DNA from: Nemertoderma westbladi
Lineage: Eukaryota > Animalia > Xenacoelomorpha
Assembly: GCA_032718475.1 (NCBI GenBank)
Contig: JAUCBJ010000162.1
Coordinates: 25,557-89,556, forward strand
Reading direction: 5' to 3'
DNA length: 64,000 nt
Within the stretch, counting starts at the first letter, position 1. The number at the start of each line of letters is the position of its first letter. This document shows, one piece after another, positions 1 to 12,883 of the stretch. The position numbers and the translations under genes are program-made. The notes under the pieces are model-generated. The model was not told the DNA's origin. It did no database searches and saw nothing but the letters and a program-made list of their open reading frames with translations.

Positions 1-543
1 AACTATTGATTTCCCTCTTCTATTTGGCAAAACGTCGTCGATTTGAACTCTAACATCACTGTCGTTATCTCCATCTTCGACTGCGGAATCGTAACTCATG
101 TCGTCATTGTTGCTATCTTTACTAGGATCATCGCCGTCTTGGATGTTGTCGCCATCAGTTTCTACATCATCGTTGTCTACATCCTCCATTTCCCCCTCCT
201 CTCGGTACTTCTCAGACAACTTCGGGAGCGTTTTCTCCATCTCCTGTAGCAATTCATCGTTGTGTAAATCTAACTGCTGCCATATCTGTTCGATATCAAA
301 TCCCTTGACCATCAACTCTTTCAACGACTTACTCTTGCTGCCACTTGTTACGGATGAATTTAGACTCGAATCTGAATCTATTTGTGACTTTAATACGTCG
401 TACAATGTTTTTGAAATACTAATAAAAACATTCGATCTTGATTGCGATGGAAGTAAGAATTCAGTAATATCCTTTGTAACACCATGGAAAGTATCCCTTA
501 CGGATTGCAAATCTTGTAAATCAATGTCATTATTGTCATTCAT
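1..543 (-). CDS. MPHOSPH10: U3 snoRNP protein MPP10, 5' part (ATG at 543; frame open to the window edge)
   Basis: My translation of the - strand gives MNDNNDIDLQ...ISKTLYDVLK...LKELMVKGFDIEQIWQQLDLHND, then an acidic D/E tract and ...RGKSIV. This matches the Mpp10 N-terminal F-D-x-E-Q-I-W-Q-Q-L motif and the SIV(DD) motif. Absent from the ORF track because there is no stop inside the window. Confidence 0.85.
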   Translation of the reverse strand, partial: MNDNNDIDLQDLQSVRDTFHGVTKDITEFLLPSQSRSNVFISISKTLYDVLKSQIDSDSSLNSSVTSGSKSKSLKELMVKGFDIEQIWQQLDLHNDELLQEMEKTLPKLSEKYREEGEMEDVDNDDVETDGDNIQDGDDPSKDSNNDDMSYDSAVEDGDNDSDVRVQIDDVLPNRRGKSIV

Positions 544-1110
544 GATATGTGCTTAAGTGTAAAATATCCTTGTTTCAATCCAATCACCCAGTCCTCAATA
601 ATAATTATAATATTAATAATAATACAGTCCAATAATAGTGTAGGCAGGCTAGTACTGTAGTACCGGTAACCGGTATGCTATGAATGGATAATATTATATG
701 ATTTTCTTACATCCTAGATTACAAATGTGCAAGTGTGGCCTTGAGCGTTGGCGTCCAAGGACAGAAGGAAAACATCAAAAACTCTAGAAAATTAATGGCC
801 ATATATTACTGTATTACAGAATTAAGATTCAGTGATGAGGAAGTCATGACTTAGGCAGTTAGGGAATATCTGTTGTAACTGGTACTGTTGAGCTGTTGTA
901 TTTGTATTCCCTTCTGCTTCTGTGCTTTCTTCAGCTAGTGCTTGTTACAGTTTAAAATTCCCTCCTTTTTATTCACTGCTAATAAATAAGCAATTGTTAT
1001 TACTTTCCTGTAGTACTGTGTACTACAGTATGTAGAAGATATACTGTAGGTATTAACAATTAATTAATGATAGCGCATTTTCTCTTCTACTTTCACTTTT
1101 TAAATACTCT

Positions 1111-1200
1111 GGGGCGATCCACGAAAGTAAAGCGATCTTAGCATACGAGTACCACTATCTTAACCTCATCTCTGTCTGTTGGTCGGACTGTCTGTCTGAG
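1111..1200 (+). repeat. Dispersed repeat fragment (possible non-autonomous Helitron/DINE-like element)
   Basis: ggggcga..cttagcatacgagtaccactatct followed by GTCT-type repeats. Similar sequence at 15789-15850 (+) and reverse-complemented at about 29505-29542. Confidence 0.4.
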
Positions 1201-1496
1201 GAAGTCAGTCGGTATCGTGTAAATCAAATTAAAATAATGATATATAATTAATAAAATATACGACTATTTATTTACTTTAATACAACTAATAATTTTTACG
1301 GATGAGAATAAATGAAATGCGGAGGAACTAACATTATTACGTATTCTGTACATGAATTAATAACGTATCAATCGAACCCACGAGTTCCGAAGAGTTGTGA
1401 ATTCAACAGATTTAACCACCACACCAGGGTGGTATTTAGAATCCTTTACAGCCATATCGATAAAATTGGGCAACTCCCTATCACTCATGACTCATC

Positions 1497-2282
1497 TGCA
1501 TCTTCAAGGCCAGTGACATATAAGAGGCGTCACAAGAAAGTCACGGGCTGTACACCATGCTCATTCTCTCCATGGAGCTGCCAATTCAGAGGATCGTGCA
1601 TCGACTGGTCCTCTCGGCGAGAGCAATGTCCTGCAAAGCGGAGGTGGATCAGTTACATTGTGGTGATAAGCTCATGGTACTATTGAGACAACTCAAATAC
1701 TGTACAGAGACTTGTTGGAGATGTTTGCTTTATACGTGACACAGTGAAATCGACGTAGCATTCTTGTGAATGTGCCATCCAGAGATTTGGTGTCCTCAGC
1801 AGTTAGAGCCCAGTTGGAACTACTGCTACTATAAATAATCAGACCCTAAGATTCCGATGAATTCTGTGTGACTTTCAAATCCTGGAAAGCCAATTCATTG
1901 CTGTCCATGCCTTCCTCTTTCGTATTCGAAGGTTCTCATCTGACTTCCGGATCCATGATACTAGGTACTGTAGCCATCAACATGCTCAAGCACACCATTC
2001 ATATATATCTTATGCTCCTCATACGATCAGATATTTCCTGGGGACTGTCGAAATCAACTTTCAAAATTTTGGTTTTCTTGGAGTTAACGAAAAGACCAAC
2101 ATTAGAGGCTCTAATGAAGATCTAATGAGATTCTAATGAACTGAGGGGCCGTTGGGCTCCCTCTAGGGATTCTGAGAGTACTCCTACCCTAAGTCGTAAT
2201 CATCAGTAAAATATAGATCATTAAGGTTTTTGGCTGGATTTCCTCTACCAGAGCCAGTAGGAGGTGTTACCATCACCCCCAT
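1497..2282 (-). mobile_element. Degenerate RTE-like LINE fragment (RT C-terminal half)
   Basis: Reverse complement resembles 14330-15095: 2230-2280 matches ggggtgatgataactccacctactggctcc...ggaaatcctgccaa and 1503-1550 matches cagcccatgactttcttgaggcgc...ggccttga. Many indels. Confidence 0.75.
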
Positions 2283-2737
2283 GTTCAATACAATAGGGTG
2301 AACAGAAACTTTCATGGTTTCCGTATATCAGTCACTCAACGAGATCCCTGTTAAGATTTAGTACCGGTACTGTAGCATTTTATTGTATAGCCTTGTGGTA
2401 ATCGAGATCATCGATATTCCATGAAAATATCCGAAGAGTGTCAGATTTCCATTCACAGGAACTGGCATCATCATTCTGGAGCGCTTCTGTTTTTTTCTGC
2501 AATGATCTATGATGATTGGTTGAATGAGCTCCAAACACTCTGGTACTTTAAAGACCTCAGGGTGGGGCGGCGGGCAGGCTCTACTGTACTCCACTGACAC
2601 GATTGGTCTATAATGCTCTTTGCTTCAATTTTAACTTTGACAAAGGATATGTAACACACAAGGATACGCAACACACTGTAGAGATTAATTCCGTTGTATA
2701 TTTGATTTGCTTTACATATTCTTCTTGTTTTTCATAG

Positions 2738-2946
2738 GTTTATTTTGATATGAATTTCAACACAAGAGGTGATTTTCTCGAAGAACACCGGCGTGTGCTG
2801 GATGTGAGAATTCAACCTGTTATTCGAGAGATCACAGACAGCAGGGCAAGGACTCGAGAAGAGTTGGAGGGGCTTTATAGAAAGATAATATCCGCCATAT
2901 TGCTTAGAAGCGGTCTCGGATCTCCTACTGATATTTCTGTGGTCAG
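2738..2946 (+). CDS. CFAP206: CFAP206 internal exon A
   Basis: ttcatag|GTT TAT TTT GAT ATG...AG|gtagg. Encodes VYFDMNFNTRGDFLEEHRRVL...LYRKIISAILLRSGLGSPTDISVVR, close to recalled vertebrate CFAP206 VYFDMNYTNRVEFLEEHHRVL...LYRKIISYVLLRSGLGSPTD. Phase 0 to 2. Confidence 0.9.
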
Positions 2947-3760
2947 GTAGGAATACATTTTCATTAGAAATCACGAATATTTTATATTTCCCTCTAAATT
3001 CGGGTTTATCTCAAGTTCACTTTCAAACATGTCTGTTGAGGTTACCTGCTTGGGGCTTGTTACCAGTCCCAGATAAATATATGAAAGTTATAATTTTAAA
3101 ATAATTTGTACAGCAACATGTGAACGGATTCAATAAAGTGATAGTAACAAGTAATAATTTGGTCAAATAAAAGTGGCGATAACAAATGAATGAATTTGTC
3201 AAGTAAGCTGTTTTGTTAGCAAGTGAATGGGTTAAGTACAGTACGAGTACATTCGTGGAGATAGTTACTTACTGTACGTTGAATATAGCCTACTTATCTT
3301 GCATTTTACTCAATTTTGACTCAGTATTTTTTATTTATTTGAATTTAATAATTTAACAAAAGTTTTAAAATGTGTTATTAATATGTCTGTTTTATTAACC
3401 ACAATAGAATTTATTTCAAATCCAATTATTTTATATATAGGCTTAATTTAAGCTCCATAATCATAATTAATTATAATTATTAATTATATATTTTTTAAGG
3501 TTTTTAAGTTTGATTTCGTCTTTAATCCATACATTTATATAGTCAAGCAATAATAATTAATGGTAACTGAAATCCGGTGCTAGTTAGGCATTATTACTTT
3601 CAGTTTTATAATGAATTGTTAATTTATGTGTTATTCTGTTTGTGCCGGTACAATAAGCTTCTGCTTTATTTATCTTAACAGTAAACGAACTTGCTAAGGC
3701 CCGTTATTTTGCAGCAATACTTAAATCGTTTACTTTCTTTCCAATTATGTGTCATTATAG

Positions 3761-3883
3761 GGAAGCAGCTGCTGCGTTACAAAGTATATTCCCCCAAACA
3801 GAGTTAGGAACGTTTCTTACACTTACAAAAAGGGACAAGGAAAGGCAACTCCAGGAACTTAGTCTTATAGTAACTGGTATTCG
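3761..3883 (+). CDS. CFAP206: CFAP206 internal exon B
   Basis: attatag|G GAA GCA...ATT CG|gtaag. Encodes EAAAALQSIFPQTELGTFLTLTKRDKERQLQELSLIVTGIR. Phase 2 to 2, compatible with both neighbours. Confidence 0.9.
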
Positions 3884-4561
3884 GTAAGTTTATTTCTGTT
3901 GTCATAGTTACTTACTGCTACTGGTATTACATACTTTGTTATAATAGAACATCTGGTCCGCTAAACGGATTCTTATAGATAGGGGTTGTAGACGGTCTCA
4001 CTACCCTGGTGTCGTCGCCTAACCACTCCTAGATCAGTGAGCATGAGTTAGGGAACAGTCCCTGTCGAGGGTTTATTATGAAGGAACGTGGTAAGCGTCT
4101 GAGAAGTTCTGATGAAGTACAGTAATAAATGAACTAATAAATAACACAAATGTAATAGGTACAATAAATACAGTAGTACTGTATCGTATAATGATTACAT
4201 CATCTGGTTTTCGGTAAGTACTGTATATTTCCGTTGTTAGCTTGTCACGTAGTAACTGGCTTTCTGTAAGCTTATTTATGTTGTCATATGTAGTTAATGT
4301 ATTGTAGTTTTGCTGGTTTACTTTGTTATATTGCAACGTGGTATACTCTATGATCATATACTGACTGTAACAGGCAACACATAGCATAGCATTGGCAACA
4401 CCTTGTTCTAGTAATACTGTAAATCCTGTACCGGAAATCAGTAAATTTATTTAAGGTGTCATAGTAACTCATACAGTGTGCGTTTTTAGGTTGTTATGAT
4501 TGCCGATATTTGGTCTTTGTTCTCCATAATACATACAATACAGTCTTTGTCTTTTTCATAG

Positions 4562-4727
4562 ATTGTTTAATAAGGATTGCGGCAAAGGCGGAGAGGGAAT
4601 TGACGATTTACCAGCTATTCTTAATGAAGCCGTTCCTGCAACCAATAACAACATGGACATTGCTATCAATAGCTCACGATCTACGTCTTACAAATATACT
4701 GCTCTTATTAAAGATATCGTCGATAAG
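4562..4727 (+). CDS. CFAP206: CFAP206 internal exon C
   Basis: tttcatag|A TTG TTT AAT...GAT AAG|gttag. Encodes LFNKDCGKGGEGIDDLPAILNEAVPAT..., the hallmark CFAP206 LFNxDCGKGGEGIDDLP motif. Phase 2 to 0. Confidence 0.92.
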
Positions 4728-5400
4728 GTTAGTAGAACACCTAGTCCTCAGTGTAGTACTCAAAGTTGAAACTTAAATTATAAAAAGTCGACGTTACAAT
4801 ACATATTTACTCCATATCCCGGAATATAGTGTCGTTGCTTTCATTATTTACTGTACCTACAACCCTTAAGAGGGTCTATCCGTCGATATTGTTCCAAGAA
4901 GAATTAATCACGATATTTATCGAAGGATAAAGGCCAAGTTTGTGATAAATATACAGAAACAAATAAAAGCAGCATAAAAATGATACACCATCCACTAGCC
5001 GAAATTTATTGTAATGATATTTTCTGTTGATACGGACCACTCCCATATTTTTCTACAAATATTTATCATACAGTATTGTATATTACTTGAAATTTGAAAC
5101 AAAACTGTTCAACACAATGTGAATAAACAGCCGGAGCCATAATTTTAAATTTTGACTATATGTTTTATGTAAGCTTTTTAAAAGTGTCTTTCTGAAATTA
5201 TAGGCCTACCCATCCTATCGCCGGTATTCTCCACATTAGCTGCGATGTAGTCCTATATACTGTATATCATTAGAAAGTTCGGAGATCATTAGTTGCATGG
5301 ATTCTAAATATGTAACAATATCTGAGTTTATGGTTTGGAAACACCTGAGATATTGTTATATATAACCTTTTTTTGGGCACAGCTTTGCAAAGTCGGCAAT

Positions 5401-5470
5401 GACGTCCAGGGGGGATCGAACTGGTGACCTCCGGGGTGGAAGTGTGACGCTCTAACCACTCAGCTAGCGG
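5401..5470 (-). mobile_element. tRNA-derived SINE head / tRNA-like relic
   Basis: The - strand carries an A-box-like tagctgagtgg and a B-box-like gttcgatcc at tRNA spacing, but no proper acceptor stem. Confidence 0.55.
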
Positions 5471-7038
5471 CTGAGGTAAGAGTAGACCTGGAAATACTAT
5501 CTGATACCTTTATTGTATGTCCGCAATTTACGTCCTCGTGGTATCTGTCAATACCATAATCTGCTACCACTGTGCTCCATCCTACTGTACTAGGACGTCT
5601 TTAACCACTCGCTACAATGAAAGGGTAGTGTATATTAACCGTGGGCCATCAAGGCCAATGATAAACTATACACTCTAGCTACTAATTTAGGCAGGACAGT
5701 TACACCCATAGATAAATGCGACAGGTATATATATATTTTATAAAAATGAGAAATGTGCGTCAAAAATGCAAGAATTATTGTTCGCTGGAATCCAATTATT
5801 ATATTTAATAATAATAAATACACAACATTCTTGAACATGTTTTTTATCGCATGATAATGAAATAAGGAAGAAGTTACAGTATAATGCTTATGGTACCCGT
5901 ATCAAACAAATAAATAATGACACCAATTATGAAACCGACAACTGTAAGTACTTAAATGGGAAAGAAATCGAAATGATGCCGTTCGTGGCGTATCCATGGA
6001 ATTTAAGACAACATCTAAAATCGGTGACAACAGTCAGCCACAGTTACGGTCTGCCGTACAGATAGCAGCATACAGTACATCACAGTCTGATAGTACTTTC
6101 TGACTTTAGTAGGCCCTCTACCAAACCAAGTACCGCTACCAGAGTCAGAGAGTACTAGTACTGTACATGACTGCCTGGCTACACAACCAGCTATCAAATG
6201 CCTGCCAAAAACGGCAGTCAATGGGGCAGGAATACCGACCGGTTTGATTAATTGTTAATTAATTAAATTAACAAATTAAAACAAAAGCATGCATAACAAT
6301 TTTATTCCAGCGAATAATGGATTTAAACTAAATGCCAGACAGCCAGAATGCCAAAGTGCCTTTGGGGAACTGAAGGATTCATACTGTCATACGTTAATAC
6401 CAACTACAGTTCTGCCTGTCAGCAGTTCCCCAAAAAGACTCAGGCAAAGTAAAAGGTTTGCAAGTAATTTGAGCAAAATCAATTCACACACTCAAAAGTT
6501 ATTGCAATTATCGTCAGATATTCAGTGTCTGCAAGGCGTAGCACGTACTGACGAAGGTCTGTAGGTTAGGTACCGGTAGGCCTACTCCAGTCAGCCAGTA
6601 CTCAAATTAGATAACGGAACTAATTATGTAGTTAAGCGGCTCTCTACACTTTAGATACCAGATACCGGTACGTGATACCGGTACTGTAACTGTGTAATGT
6701 AATACTAATGCCGGGTCCCCTACGTTATAAATATTCCATATTCGAGAACACTATCTGACTATTCGATTTATGGCTGTCTGAGTGTCCGGCCTGACGCGTA
6801 GGTACAGCCCCTTTTTTTTTAAGGAAGTTTCTAACCTGCGAATGCTAACTGACGACCTGACCTACCTACCGACTAGTGACTAGTAGCAGAGTAGTTATCA
6901 GTTATACAGACTGAGTAATATTTTTACGAATACGGTAGGCTACCGGCTGACCGGTACCTGCACTGATTACAGTACGTGATATTTCGGTGGATATTGTTGA
7001 AGGACCTGACTATAATTAAATTCAATACATCCGTTTCG

Positions 7039-8124
7039 ATGGATCCCGGCTCTGTAGGCCAGGACAGCAGCCCAGCTCGTCCAGGCAGTTCTGGAGAGCG
7101 AATTTCTCTATTGTCAGACACTGGTGATGATTTCGGTCTGGAACTCATCCCGGGCGAGTCGATAAAACGACCTGTTGACACGGGTGTTTCTTATCTATGT
7201 CCGTATTCCAGGCCCAGTCGCCCCATGGCACCGGCCGGGATAAAAGGCACCTTGTTGGTGACCAATTACCGACTGGTCTTTATCGCAAATAACAGCAATG
7301 AGCTTCCAGAAAAGGTGGAGGTCGCCCTAGCCGCTATTCATCGTCTCGATAAGGTCGGGAGTCAGACGACCCGAAGAGAAATATACGGAATCGAGATCTT
7401 CTGTAAAGATATGCGGAATCTGAGGTTCTCCATGAATCAAGAGAATCGTTCCCGTAAGGGCATCTACGATAAACTGCAGTCGCACGCGTTCCAGATGAGT
7501 AACAATCTTCCTTTGTTCGCATTCGAGAACAAGGAGATTAGTAAGGAGGCTGACGTTGGTTGGGAGGTCTACAATGCGGAGCACGAGCTAGCGAGATTGG
7601 GCGTCCCAAACGAGAATTGGAAGTTGTACAGCAACGCGTCGTACCAGCTGTGCGATACCTACCCTGCGTTGCTCGCTGTCCCTCATAAACTGGGCGACGA
7701 CGAATTGCGTCGCGTCGCCGAATTCCGATCCCGTGCGCGGATTCCCGTGCTCTCATGGAAACACCCGAGCACCGAGGCTGTAATTATGCGTTGCGCGCAA
7801 CCATTAGTCGGTTTGGCGGGGCGACGGTGCAAGGAGGATGAGAACTACATTCAGGAGGTGGTCAACCTTAATGCGAACGCCAACAAGGTTTACATCCTCG
7901 ATGCCCGTCCAAACATGAATGCGACCGCTAATAAAACCAAAGGCGGTGGATTCGAAGAGAGTAGCTCTTACGCGAATATTGAGTTATACTTCTTCCATAT
8001 CCACAACATTCATGTGATGAGGGAAAGTTTGCGGAAACTAAAAGACGTTGTGTTTCCCGTCATAGATGATTCCAGGTGGTTGTCCAATATCGAATCTACT
8101 CAGTGGTTGGATCATATCAAACAG
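7039..8124 (+). CDS. MTMR2: Myotubularin-related phosphoinositide 3-phosphatase (MTM1/MTMR1/2 class), exon 1, nested in a CFAP206 intron
   Basis: PH-GRAM (GTLLVTNYRLVF, IFCKDMRNLRF) and myotubularin domain (LCDTYP, FRSRARIPVLSW, DARP, IHNIHVMRESL, WLDHIK). Ends CAG|gtgagt in phase 0. Start taken at the first ATG (7039). Confidence 0.9.
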
Positions 8125-11100
8125 GTGAGTCCAGTCAGTGGTTGGATCATATTAAACAGGTGAGTCCACTCAGGAGTGGTTGGATCATATCTAACAGGTG
8201 AGTCCACTCAGTGGTTGGATCATATCAAACAGGTGTGTCCACTCAGTAGTGGTTGGATCATATCAAACAGGTGAGTCCAGTGGTTAGATCATATCAAACA
8301 GGTGAGTCCAGTCAGTGGTTGGATCATATCAAACAGGTGTGTCCACTCAGTAGTGGTTGGATCATATCAAACAGGTGAGTCCACTCATTAGTGGTTGGAT
8401 CATATCAAACAGGTGAGTCCACTCAGTAGGGGTTGGATCATATCAAACAGGTGAGTCCACTCAGTAGTGGTTGGATCTTATCAAACAGGTGAGTCCACTC
8501 AGTAGTGGTTGGATCATATCAAACAGGTGAGTCCACTCAGTAGTGGTTGGATCATATCAAACAGGTGAGTCCACTCAGTAGTGGTTGGATCATATCAAAC
8601 AGGTGAGTCCAGTGGTTAGAGCATATCAAACAGGTGAGTCCACTCAGTAGTGGTTGGATCATATCAAACAGGTGAGTCCACTCAGTAGTGGTTGGATCAT
8701 ATCAAACAGGTGAGTCCACTCAGTAGTGGTTGGATCATATCAAACAGGTGAGTCCACTCAGTAATGGTTGGATCATATCAAACAGGTGAGTCCAGTGGTT
8801 GGATCATATCAAACAGGTGAGTCCACTCAGTAGTGGTTGGATCATATCAAACAGGTGAGTCCAGTGGTTGGATCATATCAAACAGGTGAGTCCACTCAGT
8901 AGTGGTTGGATCATATCAAACAGGTGAGTCCACTCAGTAGGGGTTGGATCATATCAAACAGGTGAGTCCAGTGGTTGGATCATATCAAACAGGTGAGTCC
9001 AGTCAGTGGTTGGATCATATCAAACAGGTGAGTCCAGTGGTTGGATCATATCAAACAGGTGAGTCCACTCAGTAGTGGTTGGATCATATCAAACAGGTGA
9101 GTCCAGTGGTTGGATCATATCAAACAGGTGAGTCCAGTGGTTGGATCATATCAAACAGGTGAGTCCACTCAGTAGTGGTTGGATCATATCAAACAGGTGA
9201 GTCCAGTGGTTGGATCATATCAAACAGGTGAGTCCAGTCAGTGGTTGGATCATATCAAACAGGTGAGTCCAGTGGTTGGATCATATCAAACAGGTGAGTC
9301 CACTCAGTAGTGGTTGGATCATATCAAACAGGTGAGTCCACTCAGTAGGGGTTGGATCATATCAAACAGGTGAGTCCAGTGGTTGGATCATATCAAACAG
9401 GTGAGTCCAGTGGTTGGATCATATCAAACAGGTGAGTCCACTCAGTAGTGGTTGGATCATATCAAACAGGTGTGTCCACTCAGTAGTGGTTGGATCATAT
9501 CAAACAGGTGAGTCCACTCATTAGTGGTTGGATCATATCAAACAGGTGAGTCCAGTGGTTGGATCATATCAAACAGGTGAGTCCAGTCAGTGGTTGGATC
9601 ACATCAAACAGGTGAGTCCACTCAGTAGGCCTAGTGGTTGGATCATATCAAACAGGTGAGTCCAATGGTTGGATCATATCAAACAGGTGAGTCCACTCAG
9701 TAGTGGTTGGATCATATCAAACAGGTGAGTCCAGTGGTTGGATCATATCAAACAGGTGAGTCCAGTCAGTGGTTGGATCACATCAAACAGGTGAGTCCAG
9801 TGGTTGGATCATATCAAACAGGTGAGTCCACTCAGTAGTGTTTGGATCATATCAAACAGGTGAGTCCACTCAGTAGTGGTTGGATCATATCAAACAGGTG
9901 AGTCCAGTGGTTGGATCATATCAAACAGGTGAGTCCAGTGGTTGGATCATATCAAACAGGTGAGTCCAGTCAGTGGTTGGATCACATCAAACAGGTGAGT
10001 CTAGTGGTTGGATCATATCAAACAGGTGAGTCCACTCAGTAGTGGTTGGATCATATCAAACAGGTGAGTCCAGTGGTTGGATCATATCAAACAGGTGTGT
10101 CCACTCATGAGTGGTTGGATCATATCTAACAGGTGAGTCCACTCAGTGGTTGGATCATATCAAACAGGTGATTCCACTCATTAGTGGTTGGATCATATCA
10201 AACAGGTGAGTCCACTCAGTGGTTGGATCATATCAAACAGGTGAGTCCACTCAGTAGTGGTTGGAGCATATCAAACAGGTGAGTCCACTCAGTAGTGGTT
10301 GGATCATATCAAACAGGTGAGTCCACTCAGTAGTGGTTGGATCATATCAAACAGGTGAGTCCACTCAGTAGTGGTTGGATCTTATCAAACAGGTGAGTCC
10401 ACTCAGTGGTTGGATCATATCAAACAGGTGAGTCCAGTGGTTGGATCATATCAAACAGGTGAGTCCAGTCAGTGGTTGGATCATATCAAACAGGTGAGTC
10501 CAGTGGTTGGATCATATCAAACAGGTGTGTCCACTCAGTAGTGGTTGGATCATATCAAACAGGTGAGTCCAGTGGTTAGATCATATCAAACAGGTGAGTC
10601 CAGTCAGTGGTTGGATCATATCAAACAGGTGTGTCCACTCAGTAGTGGTTGGATCATATCAAACAGGTGAGTCCACTCAGTAGTGGTTGGATCATATCAA
10701 ACAGGTGAGTCCAGTCAGTGGTTGGATCATATCAAACAGGTGTGTCCACTCAGTAGTGGTTGGATCATATCAAACAGGTGAGTCCACTCAGTAGTGGTTG
10801 GATCATATCAAACAGGTGAGTCCACTCAGTAGTGGTTGGATCATATCAAACAGGTGAGTCCACTCAGTAGTGGTTGGATCATATCAAACAGGTGAGTCCA
10901 CTCAGTAGTGGTTGGATCATATCAAACAGGTGAGTCCACTCAGTAGTGGTTGGATCATATCAAACAGGTGAGTCCACTCAGTAGTGGTTGGATCATATCA
11001 AACAGGTGAGTCCACTCAGTAGTGGTTGGATCATATCAAACAGGTGAGTCCACTCAGTGGTTGGATCATATCAAACAGGTGAGTCCACTCAGTCGTGGTT

Positions 11101-12003
11101 GGTTCATATCAAACAGGTGAGTCCACTCAGTAGTGGTTGGATCATATCAAACAGGTGAGTCCACTCAGTAGTGGTTGGATCATATCAAACAGGTGAGTCC
11201 ACTCAGTAGTGGTTGGATCATATCAAACAGGTGAGTCCACTCAGTAGTGGTTGGATCATATCAAACAGGTGAGTCCACTCAGTAGTGGTTGGATCATATC
11301 AAACAGGTGAGTCCACTCAGTAGTGGTTGGATCATATCAAACAGGTGAGTCCACTCAGTAGTGGTTGGATCATATCAAACAGGTGAGTCCAGTCAGTAGT
11401 GGTTGGATCATATCAAACAGGTGAGTCCACTCAGTAGTGGTTGGATCATATAAAACAGGTGAGTCCACTCAGTGGTTGGATCATATCAAACAGGTGAGTC
11501 CACTCAGTAGTGGTTGGATCATATCAAACAGGTGAGTCCACTCAGTAGTGGTTGGATCATATCAAACAGGTGAGTCCACTCAGTAGTGGTTGGATCATAT
11601 CAAACAGGTGAGTCCAGTGGTTGGATCATATCAAACAGGTGAGTCCACTCAGTGGTTGGATCATATCAAACAGGTGAGTCCACTCAGTAGTGGTTGGATC
11701 ATATCAAACAGGTGAGTCCACTCAGTGGTTGGATCATATCAAACAGGTGAGTCCACTCAGTAGTGGTTGGATCATATCAAACAGGTGAGTCCACTCAGTA
11801 GTGGTTGGATCATATCAAACAGGTGAGTCCACTCAGTAGTGGTTGGATCATATCAAACAGGTGAGTCCACTCAGTGGTGGTTGGATCATATCAAACAGGT
11901 GAGTCCACTCAGTAGTGGTTGGATCATATCAAACAGGTGAGTCCACTCAGTAGTGGTTGGATCATATCAAACAGGTGAGTCCAGTAGTTGGATCATATTA
12001 AAC
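8098..12003 (+). repeat. Tandem array of the MTMR2 exon-1 donor junction (31/35/38-bp units, roughly 105-110 copies)
   Basis: Unit agtggttggatcatatcaaacag|gtgagtcc(actc/agtc/actcagt) = end of the exon plus start of the intron. Fills about 96% of the 4015-nt intron. Confidence 0.97.
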
Positions 12004-12139
12004 GAATCTGATATTTGCACCTAATTTAAGATTTAAGTTTTGAGGAAAACTGTATAAGTTTTCTGGTTGACTTCATTTTGTGGGTTTGTAGAGTCGGATG
12101 CCTTCGATATATTTTTATTATCGATATTATGTTTTCCAG

Positions 12140-12883
12140 ATATTATCATCGGCCCTGCGAGTCGCTGAGAGAGTGGAGAGTCTGAAGGAGTCGGTGGTGA
12201 TTCACTGTAGCGACGGTTGGGACCGGACCGCCCAACTTACATCGCTGTCTATGCTACTACTAGACCCCTACTACCGGACTATAAAAGGGTTCCAAGTGCT
12301 TGTCGAGAAGGAATGGCTAAGTTTCGGACACAAATTCTCGCAACGAGTCGGTCATGGGGACCGGAACTACGCTGACGCCGACCGCTCTCCGGTCTTCCTA
12401 CAGTTCATCGACTGTGTCTGGCAACTAACCCAACAGTTCCCGGTCGCCTTCCAGTTCAACGAGCACTTCCTAATAACGATAATGGACCATCTGTACAGCT
12501 GTCGTTTCGGTACCTTCCTGTGTAACGCGGAGCGGGAGCGCGTTACAGAGAAACTCCGAGAGCGATCGCCCTCGCTGTGGTCGTACATCCTCCAGTCCGT
12601 GGACGAGTACACAAACCCGCTGTACGCGGAGTACTCGGTGCAATGCGTGCTGTACCCCGCGGCGACCCTGCGGCGTATAAAGCTGTGGATCGGGTACTAC
12701 GTGCGATGGAACCCGAGCATGCACCCTCAGGAGTCAGTGTTGTCTCAGACAATAGATCTACTGAAGATTAGAGATCAGTTAAAGAAGCAACGGGACGAGT
12801 TGCAACGACAATTCGAACACAAAGAAAAACTTGGGATTATTAAATCGCGAAAGGGAGCCACTTCAACAACCACCGTCATATGA
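12140..12883 (+). CDS. MTMR2: Myotubularin-related protein exon 2 (catalytic loop, coiled coil, PDZ-type tail)
   Basis: ttttccag|ATA TTA... Intact catalytic [35 protein letters not shown], coiled coil and C-terminal TTVI. AATAAA near 12927. Spliced product is 609 aa. Confidence 0.93.
   Translation: MLSSALRVAERVESLKESVVIHCSDGWDRTAQLTSLSMLLLDPYYRTIKGFQVLVEKEWLSFGHKFSQRVGHGDRNYADADRSPVFLQFIDCVWQLTQQFPVAFQFNEHFLITIMDHLYSCRFGTFLCNAERERVTEKLRERSPSLWSYILQSVDEYTNPLYAEYSVQCVLYPAATLRRIKLWIGYYVRWNPSMHPQESVLSQTIDLLKIRDQLKKQRDELQRQFEHKEKLGIIKSRKGATSTTTVI

Noticed and set aside
98-556. 152-aa Ser-rich + strand ORF
   Set aside because: Antisense shadow of the acidic MPP10 coding sequence on the - strand.
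5401-5470. Functional tRNA gene
   Set aside because: A/B boxes are present but the acceptor stem does not pair properly; better explained as a SINE head.
8098-12003. CRISPR-like appearance of this and the other arrays (including 45891-46541)
   Set aside because: No unique spacers, no cas genes, eukaryotic intron context; units are head-to-tail copies.
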